DNA from: Lysobacterales bacterium
GTDB taxonomy: Bacteria > Pseudomonadota > Gammaproteobacteria > Xanthomonadales > SZUA-5
DNA: 59,482 nt
Direction: 5' to 3'
Assembly: GCA_022844165.1 (NCBI GenBank)
Contig: JALHMH010000029.1
Location: forward strand, 1-59,482
Below, piece after piece: positions 1 to 10,400 of this stretch (position 1 is the first letter of the stretch; each line of letters begins with the position of its first letter). The notes beneath the pieces were generated by a model. The model was not told the origin of the DNA and did no database searches. It worked only from the letters and a program-made list of their open reading frames with translations. The translations under genes and the position numbers were made by a program.

Positions 1-3000
1 AGCTGCTCAGCTCCACCCGCCCCGCGCGGCGCTGCTCGCGCACCCGCCCTTCCCCATCGCGCACGTAGTGGGTGACGATGCCATTGCGATCCGTGAAGCT
101 CAGTTCGCGATCGAGTGCGTCGTAGGTCCAGAGTTGTGTCGTGCGCGTCGGCGAGGGTGGATCGCGGCTGAGCGTGCGGCGATTCAAGTCGTCGTATTCG
201 TGGTTTGTGACGCGCAGCAGCCGGTCGCGTTCCAGCAGCACATTGCCGACATCGTCGTACTCGACGATCGAGGTGCCGGCGCTGTCGCTGCGGCTGACTT
301 GCCGGCCCAGGCTGTCGTAACCGTAGGTGATGATCGTCGTCGCGCCGCGCGGATCGGTCTCGGTCTTGATCTCGTCGTGTTGCGTGTAGGTGCGCGTCCA
401 GGTGCGCGTCACACCCGGCGCCAGCGTGCGCGTCTCGGTCAGTTGCCGGCCAAGATCGTCATAAGTGTAGGTGGTCACCGCGTTCGCGGCATCTGTGCGC
501 GTCAACACGCGCCCCACTTCATCGTACGTCAGCCGCTCGATATCGCTGATGCCATCGAAGCTGCGCGTGCGGCGATTCAAGACATCGTATTCGTATTGCA
601 GCGGCGTGCGGCTGGGGCGCGTCTCGCTGAGCAGATTGTTCGCCGCATCGTAGGTGAACGTGCGCGCGCGGCCTGAGCCGGGCAGCGTTTCCGTGATGCG
701 CCGACCGCGCGGGTCGTAGCTGTAACTGGTGGTGCGGCCGGTCGGATCCGTGGCCGATGTCATTTGCCCCTTGGCATCGTAATCGCTCAGCCACGTTGCG
801 CCGCTGCGATCGGTGCGCGTCTTCTCGCGGCCACGTGGGTCATAGGTAAACGTGCGCGTAAACGGCCCGACGGTCTCGCTGGTCAATCGACCCATGCCAT
901 CGTAGACCAAGGTCCACACGCGCAGCGGCTCGACGCGGCTGGTCACGCGGCCAAAACCATCCAGCGTCAGCGTTGTGGCGCGCGCCAGCGGATCGACCAT
1001 GCCGGTGAGCCGGCCCTCGCCATCGCGGCTCTCAGTGGTGAGCAACTCCTCGCTGCCGAGCAGCGCGATCTGCGCGGTGCGCGCATAGCGAGCGTGCTGA
1101 TAGCGATAGCGCATCGTGCGGACCTCTGCGCCACTGCCCACGCGCTGCTCGATCAGATTGCCGACGCGGTCGTAATCGCGCTCGGTGCGGCGGCCCAGCG
1201 GTTCCACACTGAGCGCGCGCCGATCCAGGCTGTCGTACTCGTGCGTGGTCACCTCACCAGCGAAATTCTGTTCGCGGATGATGTTGCCGACTGCGTCGTA
1301 ACCGGTGGTTTGTGTATCGCCATCGGCGTTGACCCGCGATTCTTCGCGGCCGAGTTCGTCGAGGTGAATCGTTGTGATGCGCCCCAGCTCATCGCGCTCG
1401 ATGCGTTGATCGCTCGCATCGTTGTAGTCCACCGTGCGTTTGGCGCCGCCCGGGAACTCGGTCTCGGTCATGCGATCCAGACCATCGTACCGATAACGCT
1501 CAATCGCACCCAACTCATCGCGCCGCGAAATGCGCCGTCCGCGGCGATCGTTGTCGAACTGCACGAAGCTCGCATCGGCATACGTCTCGCGCACGAGAAC
1601 GCCTTGCGCGTCATAGTTGTACGTTGTCTGCGCACCACTGAAATCGCGCCAACTGCTGATATCGCCGTTGCTGGCAATGCCCCAGGTCTCGCTGATGCCA
1701 GCGCGGGTACGACCAACGCGATTGCCGCGGCTGTCGTACTGATACAAATCGCCATCGCCGGCAAAATCGATGCTGCTCGCCATGCGATTCTTGATCCACG
1801 GCCGCGTGAAACTGGTGTGCTCGCGATACGTGGCGGTGCGCACCAATGGCGTGCCGCGACCCGCGTGACGCTCCAGCGTGAGGTTGCCGAAGGCATCGTA
1901 CTCGTACGTAACCGTTACACCTTCGCGATCGATGCGCGAAGCCGGCAGACGCTGTGCCAGATTCCACGTGGTGGTTGTCGAACCAATGGGATCGGTCACC
2001 AGGTCCACGCCGCCGAATCCATTCATGCGATACGTGGTGTCGATGTTGCGCGGATTGCTTACCACCGTCGTCACCGGCTGACCCAGACCCCGCAGCCCTT
2101 GGAAATCGAAGGTGGTGGCTTGCGCCAACGCATTGCGTTTCTCGATCACGCGCAGCTCGGGAATCGGGATGATGTTGCCACCATCCGGGATGTTCACCCA
2201 CTGCTGCTCGTAGTCCAGCGACAAAATCTGGCGACCGCGAATCTCATCCCTGACGGCAACCATTCGCGAGCCGAGGCGGTGGAAGCTGCCATCGACTGCG
2301 ATCACCGCACCAAAGTCGTTGTACGCGTAAGACTCGCGATAGTTCGCACCCACACGGCGCGCGTCGATCAGCTGCGCCTTGTCGTCGTACTCGAACGACA
2401 AATCGAACCCTTCCGGCCCGGTGACACGCACGATCAGCGGCATCAAACCGACTTCGCCCGGCTCATTGCCCGTGGATCGTTCTTCGTACGTAAACTCGAT
2501 GCGACCACGATCGCTGACCAGCGCACTGACGACAGGCAAACGGCCCAGGCGGATGTACTCGCGCTGCACCCGATTGCCGTTGGTGTCTTCGACGAAGTCC
2601 AGGCGGATCGCCTTCTTGCCGTGCAACGGACTGATGTACGTCAGGCTCGGCGGGAAGTGGTAACGCGTGCCGTCTTTGGCGTACACATCGTAGGCACCAC
2701 TGGCATCGCGAACCAACGTGCCGTGATAACCGTTGGTGGCGCGATACAGGGCGCTGCCATCCGGCCCGGCGCCGTCGAACACAAACTCCACACCCGCACC
2801 TTCGGCGCCGGTGACCATGATCGTGCACGCGCCTTGTGTCAGCTCGCTCTCAAGATCGGTCTGCCAACCGCGGCCCAGCACACTGACTTCGTTGCCACGC
2901 GCGCTGGCCCAGGTTCGTGCAAATCGCAGCGACGGGCCGCGGCCTGCCAACTCCAGATCGGCGCGCGAAACGGTGGTCTGGCCATCGAACAAATCGACAT

Positions 3001-6000
3001 CGGCGACCACGGTGTGACCCAGCGCCAGATGGTCGCGCCGGTTTTGCTTGTGCACCAGATTGGCGGTCATCGTTTCCGACTCGCCGTCTTCGTCGGTGGC
3101 GGTGATGCGCAGCTCAAACTCGCCGATTGGTGCGTCGCTGCCGATCTCTTCGCGAACCGTGCCGGCGTCGAACCATTCATCGCTGATCAGCGTTGCGGCG
3201 GAGATCGGGGAAACATTGCCGAATTGGTCTTTGCGATAGGCGTCGACGCGCAAGCGCGCGCGGGAGGCCAGGAAGACGATCAGCTCCCCGCCGGCATCGC
3301 AATAGGAGCCGCTGCTGACGTTGATGTCTTTGCTCAGCACGCTGTTGCCCCCGAGCAACGCCAGCGCACGCGCTTCGTTGTTGCTCAGCGAGGCCGCTGC
3401 GCCCGAGTGCACGCTGACACCGGCCAGAATGTCAGTTTCAAAACTGAGTGTGAGCGGCTCGGCTTCGATGCGATAGGGCGTTTGTTCGTTGATCGCGAAC
3501 TTGAGCTTGTAGGTCTTGCGGCGATCGTAGGACCACCCTCGGCGGAAAAGCACAGAGTAGTCCCCTTGTCCTGCCCATTGCTGGACAGAACTCTGCACAT
3601 CACTGTCCGCCAATAGCTCTAGATTCGTCTGGCCTGAAAAGTACTGACCCGGGGCGATCGATAGATTGGCAAGAAAGCCGGATGAAACCTCGCCGACAAG
3701 CCCTATCGGAATAATTTGAGGCGAAGTCGACACAATCCGCGGAAGTACCGAATAGACGTCGGGGAAGTCCCCTTCGAGTCGGTAGCGTAATCCTGCAGGA
3801 CCTTCCTTTTCAAACTTGTATCCACTGCGCGCAGCGCCTGGTTGACTGGGCACGCGGTTGTTGAACTCGATCTTCCCTGCTCCGACAAAAGATGGGCCGG
3901 AAATAGAGCCAGTATCCGCGCGCAGAGACAGCGAAGACAGGTCAAAGCTTACGTAATCCCCGGTCGAAGTATCGATGTACAACCTTGGGAAACCGTACTC
4001 CCACTGCGCAACCCCAGAGGGCGAGTCGCTGGGCCTCAAGAAGTAAACACTCCTCGGAACTGGCAACCAGTGGTTGGGGAGCGCGGCTTCGATGGTGTTG
4101 CCAATACCGTACGCTCCGTAGGTCGCGGAATGACCAATCCGGCCAAACAGCCCCTGAATACTGTTTGCATCAGAATCCTGCAGAACAACAGGCCGTACGA
4201 TCACTGTAGATGTAAGCTGAAGATAGCAAGGGTCCGAATTCGGTTCGTCGAGCAACACTGGTTTCGATATCGGGCTCAGTCCGCCGGTTGAAACGGTCAA
4301 CTGCAGGTTTGCATAAACCGCGTCCGGCGGGACGACGTGGAAAAGGCTTCGTCGGCTTAAGGTACGCAGGCGCAAGGTTGGGCGGACACAGCCATGACCT
4401 GTCAGCAGAACTTCCTGTGTCGGACAATCTCCTGGTTCGAAAAAACCGCCCGCATTCACCGGCCCTTGATTCGGGCATTGACTTAAGAGTGCGTATTCCG
4501 AACGCAGATCCACAAACTGGTTGGCGATGTAGTTTCCGAACTCGTCCTTGACGCCAACGCTCCAGGTGTAGAAACCAATACCGGGAATCATTCGCAACGG
4601 GGCATTCGCATCGCCTGTCCTGGGTGGAGGAATCAACTCCAGCTCATGTGGATCGCCCGGCCTCGCATAGGCAAAATAGTCCTCCCCCGCTACAACACCT
4701 GCGTTCGAATAGCGCGAATTCGCGCGAATCCGAACTTCGTTGTACAGCATGAACTGCGGGTAGTCGTCCGGCGCGTCCGGGTTGCTGATGTATCTGCCGA
4801 AGGTGCTCGTGGTCCCGAGTTTGAAGCCGGCGCTCACAAGCCCGCGCTGATCGCTGGTGAGCGCAACGGTGCTGGCCGATCCGGCGGCGGAACTGAGCGA
4901 ACCATTGCCCTGGGTGACCTCAAAATGCACCGTGGCGCCGACCACGGGGCGACCGGTGGGATCTTCCACTCGCGCGCGAAGCGGCGTTTCTAACACTTCA
5001 TCGACGGTGCCCAACTGATCCTGCGAATCGTCGAACAAACGAATCGCAAACACCTCCATCGGATCGGTGTTTGGCCGCGGCGCGTAGGGGCTCGATACCA
5101 ACGCGGCAAGGCTGGGCAAGAACCACTGATCGATCGGGATAATGGTGATGCCACCCGCCAAACCGCCGCTGAGGAAATAGCCGCTGGAACCGTTGGCTGC
5201 GGTGGTCTGCCAACCCGAGCCGCGCCATGGCCCCTGGATCAGCGGATTGACCGGAATACGAACCGTGTATCCCTGCGTCAGTTGCGCCAGCAGCGTGGCT
5301 TTGACGCTGTCTGGGTGCCCCAGACCCGCGACCTGCGCCGCGCCGGCCGATCCGCTCAGCTCAACCATCGGCTGGCCAGCGACATGCGCCAGCGCCAGCA
5401 CACGATCGGCAGACAGCGACGGTACCGCCCACTGCTCTTCGAACACCAGGTGTTCGCGATAGCTGCCATCGAGCGCAGCCAGACTCAGCCAGGCGCTTTG
5501 ATCGGCCCCTGGGCCAAGAACGGCCACGCTGCGCGCCGCGGCGTCGAGCGCAACACTATCGAACCGCAAAGCGGTGGCCACACCACCCTGACGTTCGACA
5601 TCGAATTGTGTGAGCACCAGCGCGATGGATGGCACCGGCTCGATGACTGTCACGCCCAGCAGGTTCGCCAGTTCCTGACTATCGCGCCGCCACTCGGACG
5701 AGTAACGTGCACCGAGATTGGCGAACACCCGCGAGGCGGGCGGCTCGCCGTCACCCAGGACCGTGTCTGCCACTTCAACCGCAGGCCGCGGCGCGCCGGC
5801 ATCGAGCACCACCGCCGCCATGCCACCGGCGATCAACTGCTGCTCGATGACTCGCTCCTGCCCAATGGTGCTCAAGCGCACGCGGATCATCAGCGCATGA
5901 GCGGCGGCGACCGAATCACCGGTAGCGAGCACGTTGCCATCGACGCTGATGCGCGGCCGCAACTCGATCAGAAACGGCGGCACGGAATCCAGTCCGCCGC

Positions 6001-7453
6001 CGAAGCTGTTGATCAGATTCTGGTCGTCGGCACTCGCCGCCTGGAACGAAACGATGACGCGTTGCTGCGTGAGTGCGCTCACCGGGCGCGTGCTGCTCAA
6101 CAGCAGCCGATCGCCATCGCGGATCTCGATCGTCAGTTGTGGCGAGTGCGCGGGGATCAATCCGGCACTCTCCGACGACACGCCGAGCACCTCAAAGGGC
6201 AAACTGGCGGGCAGCAATTTCAGCGCCTGCTCGCTCGGCAGCACCTGAGCCAACTGCGCGTCGTAGTTGCCCAGTGCCGGATTGGAGGATAAGTACGCTG
6301 TCACCAATGCCCGCAATCGGACCAGTGGCGTCTGCTCCGGGTCGGACTGGCGATAGGTCTGCATCAGCGCCGCCAGATCGATGCTGGCCGCAGGGACGAT
6401 GCGACTTGCGTCACGCGCCGTGTGCGGCTTATGCGCAGGCGCCAGCGCGATCCAGCTCTTGCCCGCGCCGCTGGCGGCGCTACCGCGATAGGCCACATAA
6501 GGCACATAGGCCGACACCCAGGTGGTTGCCAGCTCGATGCTGCGAATCTGACCGCCGCTGACCACCGGACGATGTGCTCGCAAAGATCGGTTCAGCGCCT
6601 CAAGCACCGCATCGGCACCCCGCACGCCAAGACTCGACTCCAGTTCCGCCAGCGGTAATCGCGCGACGCCGTGTACGTAACGCGCCGGCGCGCTGGCGGC
6701 GCGCAGTAACGCGATCAGCAGACTGGCCTGATCGACATCGTTTCCAGCCCGCGCGCGCAACGCCCCGAGCGCACCGCGCTGCGCGCCCGGATACCACTCG
6801 GTGCGAATGTTGTTGCGCACGAAGTCGTAGATGCGCGTGTATTCGTAACCAAGTTCCTGCGCCTTGTCGACGATGTCGGCATGCAACGGCGCGTCGGTCG
6901 AGGCCCCCATGTCGGCGGCGACCGGCGCGGCCGCAGCCGACGCGTAGCTCGGTGCGATGCCTGGACCTGGCACCGTCAGTGCGGGCGCCGTCCAGGCAAT
7001 ACGTTCCAGGGGCAATGCACCGTACGTTGGCGCGGCGATCGGAGCCTGCGGGGCGCCGGCCAAAGCTGTATCGATGCCGGCCAGCGCTTGTGTTCGCGCT
7101 TGCTGCAAACGCTGCTGACCGAGCGCCGAGTTGCCGATGCGTTTGGCCCAGGTATCGAACGCGGCGGCCGTGAGCAGTCGCTGTGCGCGTAACTGGGTGG
7201 TGCTCTTTGCGGTGACCTGCGCGGGCGCAAATTCAGTGGAATAGGCACCGTGACGCGCCTGCTCCGGGCGCACGTGGTGACGCGCATCGATGTGATTCTG
7301 CAACTGCGTCAGCCAACGATCCGCATCGGGTGCCGAAGCTGAAGGCGGCGCTGATCCCACCGCGCTGCACATCGCGAGCAGCGCCAGCGCCCAGACCGAG
7401 CGCCAGCCCGATCGCTGCGTTTGCAAGATGATTCGTGATCGCTCAGCGCGCAT
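1..7453 (-). CDS. RHS/YD-repeat protein with signal peptide, catalytically degenerate transglutaminase-like domain, invasin-type Ig domain and DUF6531-like pre-RHS domain; 3' end truncated by the window edge (>2480 aa)
   Basis: ATG at 7453 overlaps the end of the upstream giant gene. No minus-strand ORF in this frame is listed between 1 and 7453, and I found no stop by hand across the AT-richer 3600-4700 stretch. Translation gives MRAERSR..VWALALLAMCSAVGSA, IYDFVRNNIRTEWYPGAQRGA..GNDVDQASLLIALLRAASAPARYVHG, VDLFDGQTTVSRADLELAGRGPSLRFARTWAS..LGRGW, then many YD repeats (e.g. WTYDALDRELSFTDRNG). Confidence 0.9.
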   Translation of the reverse strand, partial: MRAERSRIILQTQRSGWRSVWALALLAMCSAVGSAPPSASAPDADRWLTQLQNHIDARHHVRPEQARHGAYSTEFAPAQVTAKSTTQLRAQRLLTAAAFDTWAKRIGNSALGQQRLQQARTQALAGIDTALAGAPQAPIAAPTYGALPLERIAWTAPALTVPGPGIAPSYASAAAAPVAADMGASTDAPLHADIVDKAQELGYEYTRIYDFVRNNIRTEWYPGAQRGALGALRARAGNDVDQASLLIALLRAASAPARYVHGVARLPLAELESSLGVRGADAVLEALNRSLRAHRPVVSGGQIRSIELATTWVSAYVPYVAYRGSAASGAGKSWIALAPAHKPHTARDASRIVPAASIDLAALMQTYRQSDPEQTPLVRLRALVTAYLSSNPALGNYDAQLAQVLPSEQALKLLPASLPFEVLGVSSESAGLIPAHSPQLTIEIRDGDRLLLSSTRPVSALTQQRVIVSFQAASADDQNLINSFGGGLDSVPPFLIELRPRISVDGNVLATGDSVAAAHALMIRVRLSTIGQERVIEQQLIAGGMAAVVLDAGAPRPAVEVADTVLGDGEPPASRVFANLGARYSSEWRRDSQELANLLGVTVIEPVPSIALVLTQFDVERQGGVATALRFDSVALDAAARSVAVLGPGADQSAWLSLAALDGSYREHLVFEEQWAVPSLSADRVLALAHVAGQPMVELSGSAGAAQVAGLGHPDSVKATLLAQLTQGYTVRIPVNPLIQGPWRGSGWQTTAANGSSGYFLSGGLAGGITIIPIDQWFLPSLAALVSSPYAPRPNTDPMEVFAIRLFDDSQDQLGTVDEVLETPLRARVEDPTGRPVVGATVHFEVTQGNGSLSSAAGSASTVALTSDQRGLVSAGFKLGTTSTFGRYISNPDAPDDYPQFMLYNEVRIRANSRYSNAGVVAGEDYFAYARPGDPHELELIPPPRTGDANAPLRMIPGIGFYTWSVGVKDEFGNYIANQFVDLRSEYALLSQCPNQGPVNAGGFFEPGDCPTQEVLLTGHGCVRPTLRLRTLSRRSLFHVVPPDAVYANLQLTVSTGGLSPISKPVLLDEPNSDPCYLQLTSTVIVRPVVLQDSDANSIQGLFGRIGHSATYGAYGIGNTIEAALPNHWLPVPRSVYFLRPSDSPSGVAQWEYGFPRLYIDTSTGDYVSFDLSSLSLRADTGSISGPSFVGAGKIEFNNRVPSQPGAARSGYKFEKEGPAGLRYRLEGDFPDVYSVLPRIVSTSPQIIPIGLVGEVSSGFLANLSIAPGQYFSGQTNLELLADSDVQSSVQQWAGQGDYSVLFRRGWSYDRRKTYKLKFAINEQTPYRIEAEPLTLSFETDILAGVSVHSGAAASLSNNEARALALLGGNSVLSKDINVSSGSYCDAGGELIVFLASRARLRVDAYRKDQFGNVSPISAATLISDEWFDAGTVREEIGSDAPIGEFELRITATDEDGESETMTANLVHKQNRRDHLALGHTVVADVDLFDGQTTVSRADLELAGRGPSLRFARTWASARGNEVSVLGRGWQTDLESELTQGACTIMVTGAEGAGVEFVFDGAGPDGSALYRATNGYHGTLVRDASGAYDVYAKDGTRYHFPPSLTYISPLHGKKAIRLDFVEDTNGNRVQREYIRLGRLPVVSALVSDRGRIEFTYEERSTGNEPGEVGLMPLIVRVTGPEGFDLSFEYDDKAQLIDARRVGANYRESYAYNDFGAVIAVDGSFHRLGSRMVAVRDEIRGRQILSLDYEQQWVNIPDGGNIIPIPELRVIEKRNALAQATTFDFQGLRGLGQPVTTVVSNPRNIDTTYRMNGFGGVDLVTDPIGSTTTTWNLAQRLPASRIDREGVTVTYEYDAFGNLTLERHAGRGTPLVRTATYREHTSFTRPWIKNRMASSIDFAGDGDLYQYDSRGNRVGRTRAGISETWGIASNGDISSWRDFSGAQTTYNYDAQGVLVRETYADASFVQFDNDRRGRRISRRDELGAIERYRYDGLDRMTETEFPGGAKRTVDYNDASDQRIERDELGRITTIHLDELGREESRVNADGDTQTTGYDAVGNIIREQNFAGEVTTHEYDSLDRRALSVEPLGRRTERDYDRVGNLIEQRVGSGAEVRTMRYRYQHARYARTAQIALLGSEELLTTESRDGEGRLTGMVDPLARATTLTLDGFGRVTSRVEPLRVWTLVYDGMGRLTSETVGPFTRTFTYDPRGREKTRTDRSGATWLSDYDAKGQMTSATDPTGRTTSYSYDPRGRRITETLPGSGRARTFTYDAANNLLSETRPSRTPLQYEYDVLNRRTRSFDGISDIERLTYDEVGRVLTRTDAANAVTTYTYDDLGRQLTETRTLAPGVTRTWTRTYTQHDEIKTETDPRGATTIITYGYDSLGRQVSRSDSAGTSIVEYDDVGNVLLERDRLLRVTNHEYDDLNRRTLSRDPPSPTRTTQLWTYDALDRELSFTDRNGIVTHYVRDGEGRVREQRRAGRVELSS

Positions 7454-10400
7454 GATCGGCCTCCGCAGGCGCATGGCCAATCCAGGGGAAGCGCCCCGAC
7501 TCGAAGACGCTGGACGATGATCGGGTTGCTCCGCGTTCGGACTTATCATCTGCCTTGTCGTCTGCGGATTCGGCACGCGATGTGCCTTGCGCATCGCTGG
7601 CGCGCGAGGTTTGCGAGCGCTTGCCCCAGGATTCGATCCAGTTCTTCAACACCGCTGGCATTTCCGTGCACGTCGACTTTTCAAATCCGGTGGCGCCGCT
7701 GCGCGCTTCGAAACCGTCGGCAAAACCGGTCCAGACTTCGTCGCGGCAGATCGGAATCGGGCCGACATCGCGGCGATTGCCGGCGCCGTCTGTCGCACGC
7801 ACCATCAGTACATACGGACCTGGCGCCGGTAGCGACAGTGTTCCGCGCCAATGGTCCGGTGGGCCGGTCTTCACCAGCGGTTGCCAGTCGCCATCGCCGA
7901 CACGCACGGCGACTGTCGCAACGCCGCTCAGCGCGTCCTGTGCCGTCGCCGAAACCACAACAGGGTTGGCAACGATCGCGCCCACGGCAGGTTCGGTGAC
8001 GGTCAACGTTGGCGCCTGCTCATCCAGCACGCCCAGCGCCCGCGTGGCGATCAGGGTAAACGGCGTTGTTGGTGCAATCGCGCGTCGCCAGTGCACGTTG
8101 ACCTGCAGCGTACCGGCCGGCCAGGTAGCGCTCGGCAACGAAAACGGCAGGTCGACCGCCTCACCCAAGACGAGCATTCGTGACCACTGCAAACTCACGA
8201 CATTGCTGCCGTCGGCGCGATTGACATCCAGGCGCAACTCGTCGGCCTGCGGGCCAGCGTTCTGGGTGGACGTGACGCGCAGATTGCCGATCAGCTCCTG
8301 GCCATGCGGCAGCGATTCCGGCAACGTCAACGCGGCGGTGATCGGCGCGGTGTTGTCGCCCAGCCGCAGCACGCGCACCTGGCGGATGCTGCTCAGGTTG
8401 CCGGCGCGGTCGCGCGATTGCAGCCGCAACGTGTTTTCGCCGGGCACCAGCCAGATGCCGGGGAAGGTCGCGATACCTTGAGCGTTGCTGCGCACCAGAT
8501 AGGGCGGGTTGGTGTCGAGCAACACCACGTCGGTGTTGGGTTCGGTACTGGCGATCAGCGTAATCACAGTCTGCGGCGTAGCGCTGCCATCCACCGGCGA
8601 GGTAATGGCCAGCGGCGGCGGCGTCAGATCGATCGTAAACCGTAGCTCACGCTGATTGCTGTTGCCAACAGCGTCGGTGGCCTCAACACGCAACAGGTGT
8701 TCGCGCTCGGCGTTGATGGTGGTGCCGGAGACAAAGAGCTGACCATTCAGCGTGACCGACTGACTGCCCGGATTGGCGTCGCTCACGACGATGACTGGTG
8801 TCAGCGGCGACGCGCTCAACTGGCCATCCAAGACGCCGCTGATGTCGATCGTCGGCGGCGTGCCATCGATGCGGAACGTGCGCGCCTGCGGCGGTTCGGT
8901 GCGCTGATTGCCGGCACCATCGAGGGCGCGCAACTGCGCGGTGTGGTCGCCATCGCTCAAGCCGCTCATCGACGTCGAATAGGCCGAGCCGCCGGAGGGC
9001 GACATCGGACGCGGCGCTTGGGCATCGATCACCAGTTCGACGCGATCGATTGGGCTGAGTGCATCGTCGACAGTCGCTGCGGCGACGAAACTGGCCGGCA
9101 GCAGCTGGTTCGTCGCTGGCGTGACCAGCATTGCGTTGGGCGGCGTGAGGTCGGCCAGCGTCAATGCTTGCTGCGCCAGGGTTGCCCAGACCAGTTGGCC
9201 ATTGCTGTCGCGCAGCTCGGCCTCAAGCAGCAGCGCATAACCGCCGAGCGGCAAGGTTGCGGTTGCAAAACTGAAGGCAAAGGGCTGCGCCACATTCGGT
9301 ATATAGGTTTGGGTCCACTGCCGCTGCGCAATCGACTGTCCGGTCGCGGTGGACAACAACGACAAACGGGCCGCGACGTTTTCCAGCGGACTGGCGGCGC
9401 TGGAGGTCAGCACCGCGGTACCGGACAAATCCGAACCCGGCTCCATGCTCGTTGGTGCGGAGATGCTTCCGGTCAACAAACCAACCGTCGCGGTCAGCCT
9501 CGTGACCGTCAGTTCGGCGGGCGTCGGCGAGGCGTTGCCCGCACGATCGACCGCCGTGGCGCGGAACAGATTTGCGCCTTCATTCAACGGCACGGCGCTG
9601 AACAACGCGCTGCCATTGGCGCCAGCGGTGGCCTGCCACTGAGTACTGCCGCGTTGCAGTTGCACCTGCGCCAGGGCTTCGGTTTGTACGCGCACGTCGG
9701 TGCTCGCGGCGTTAATCACAGCATTGGCGGCCGGGAACGTAAAGGCCACCGTCGGCGCTGTTCGATCGACGACAAAACTGCGCGTCTCCTGGCTGCGATT
9801 GCCGGCGCGATCGAGCGCAATCACCACCAACGTGTAGTCGCCATCGTCGCTGATCGTGGTGCCGGAAGTAAAGGGCTGGCCGTTCAACAGCGTGGTGGTC
9901 GACGCCAGATGCAGATCGGTCGCTTGTACGACCGGCGTCACTGGATTGGCATAAATTTGTCCTTCGCTCACGCCGCTGATGACGATCACGGGCGGCGTGC
10001 CATCGACGATCACGCTCCAAGCCGGCGTGCTGCCGACATTGTCGTACGCATCGCGAGCTCGCGCGCTCAGAGCCAATGGCCCATCGTTGGCCACGCTGAC
10101 GAAGCCACGGTATTCACCGCCGCTGCCGCCGCTCAAGCTCATCGCCTGGAATGCGCCACTCGCAACACTCAATTCGGTGCGACTGACAAAACTCTGCTGA
10201 TCCACCGCGCGCACCAGCGCGTCGAACTGGCGGCGCACGATGGCACCGGGTTGCGGCGCGACGATGCTCACCAGCGGCGGCTCGCTATCGACGACCAACA
10301 CCGTGCGTACATCCAATACACCGCGCAACGGCCCGCTTTGAACTTCAAGGATCAACAACAGCGCGCCAGGTGTCATCGCGCTGGCCGGCAAAGCAACGTT

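Noticed and set aside
764-3616. 950-aa plus-strand ORF (also 68..676, 3842..4291, 5282..6292)
   Set aside because: Exact antisense-frame shadows of the minus-strand RHS gene, with no recognisable motifs.
6455-6478. Walker A-like AASGAGKS in the RHS protein
   Set aside because: It falls in a loop of the transglutaminase-like domain of an exported protein, with no preceding hydrophobic strand or Walker B; likely chance.
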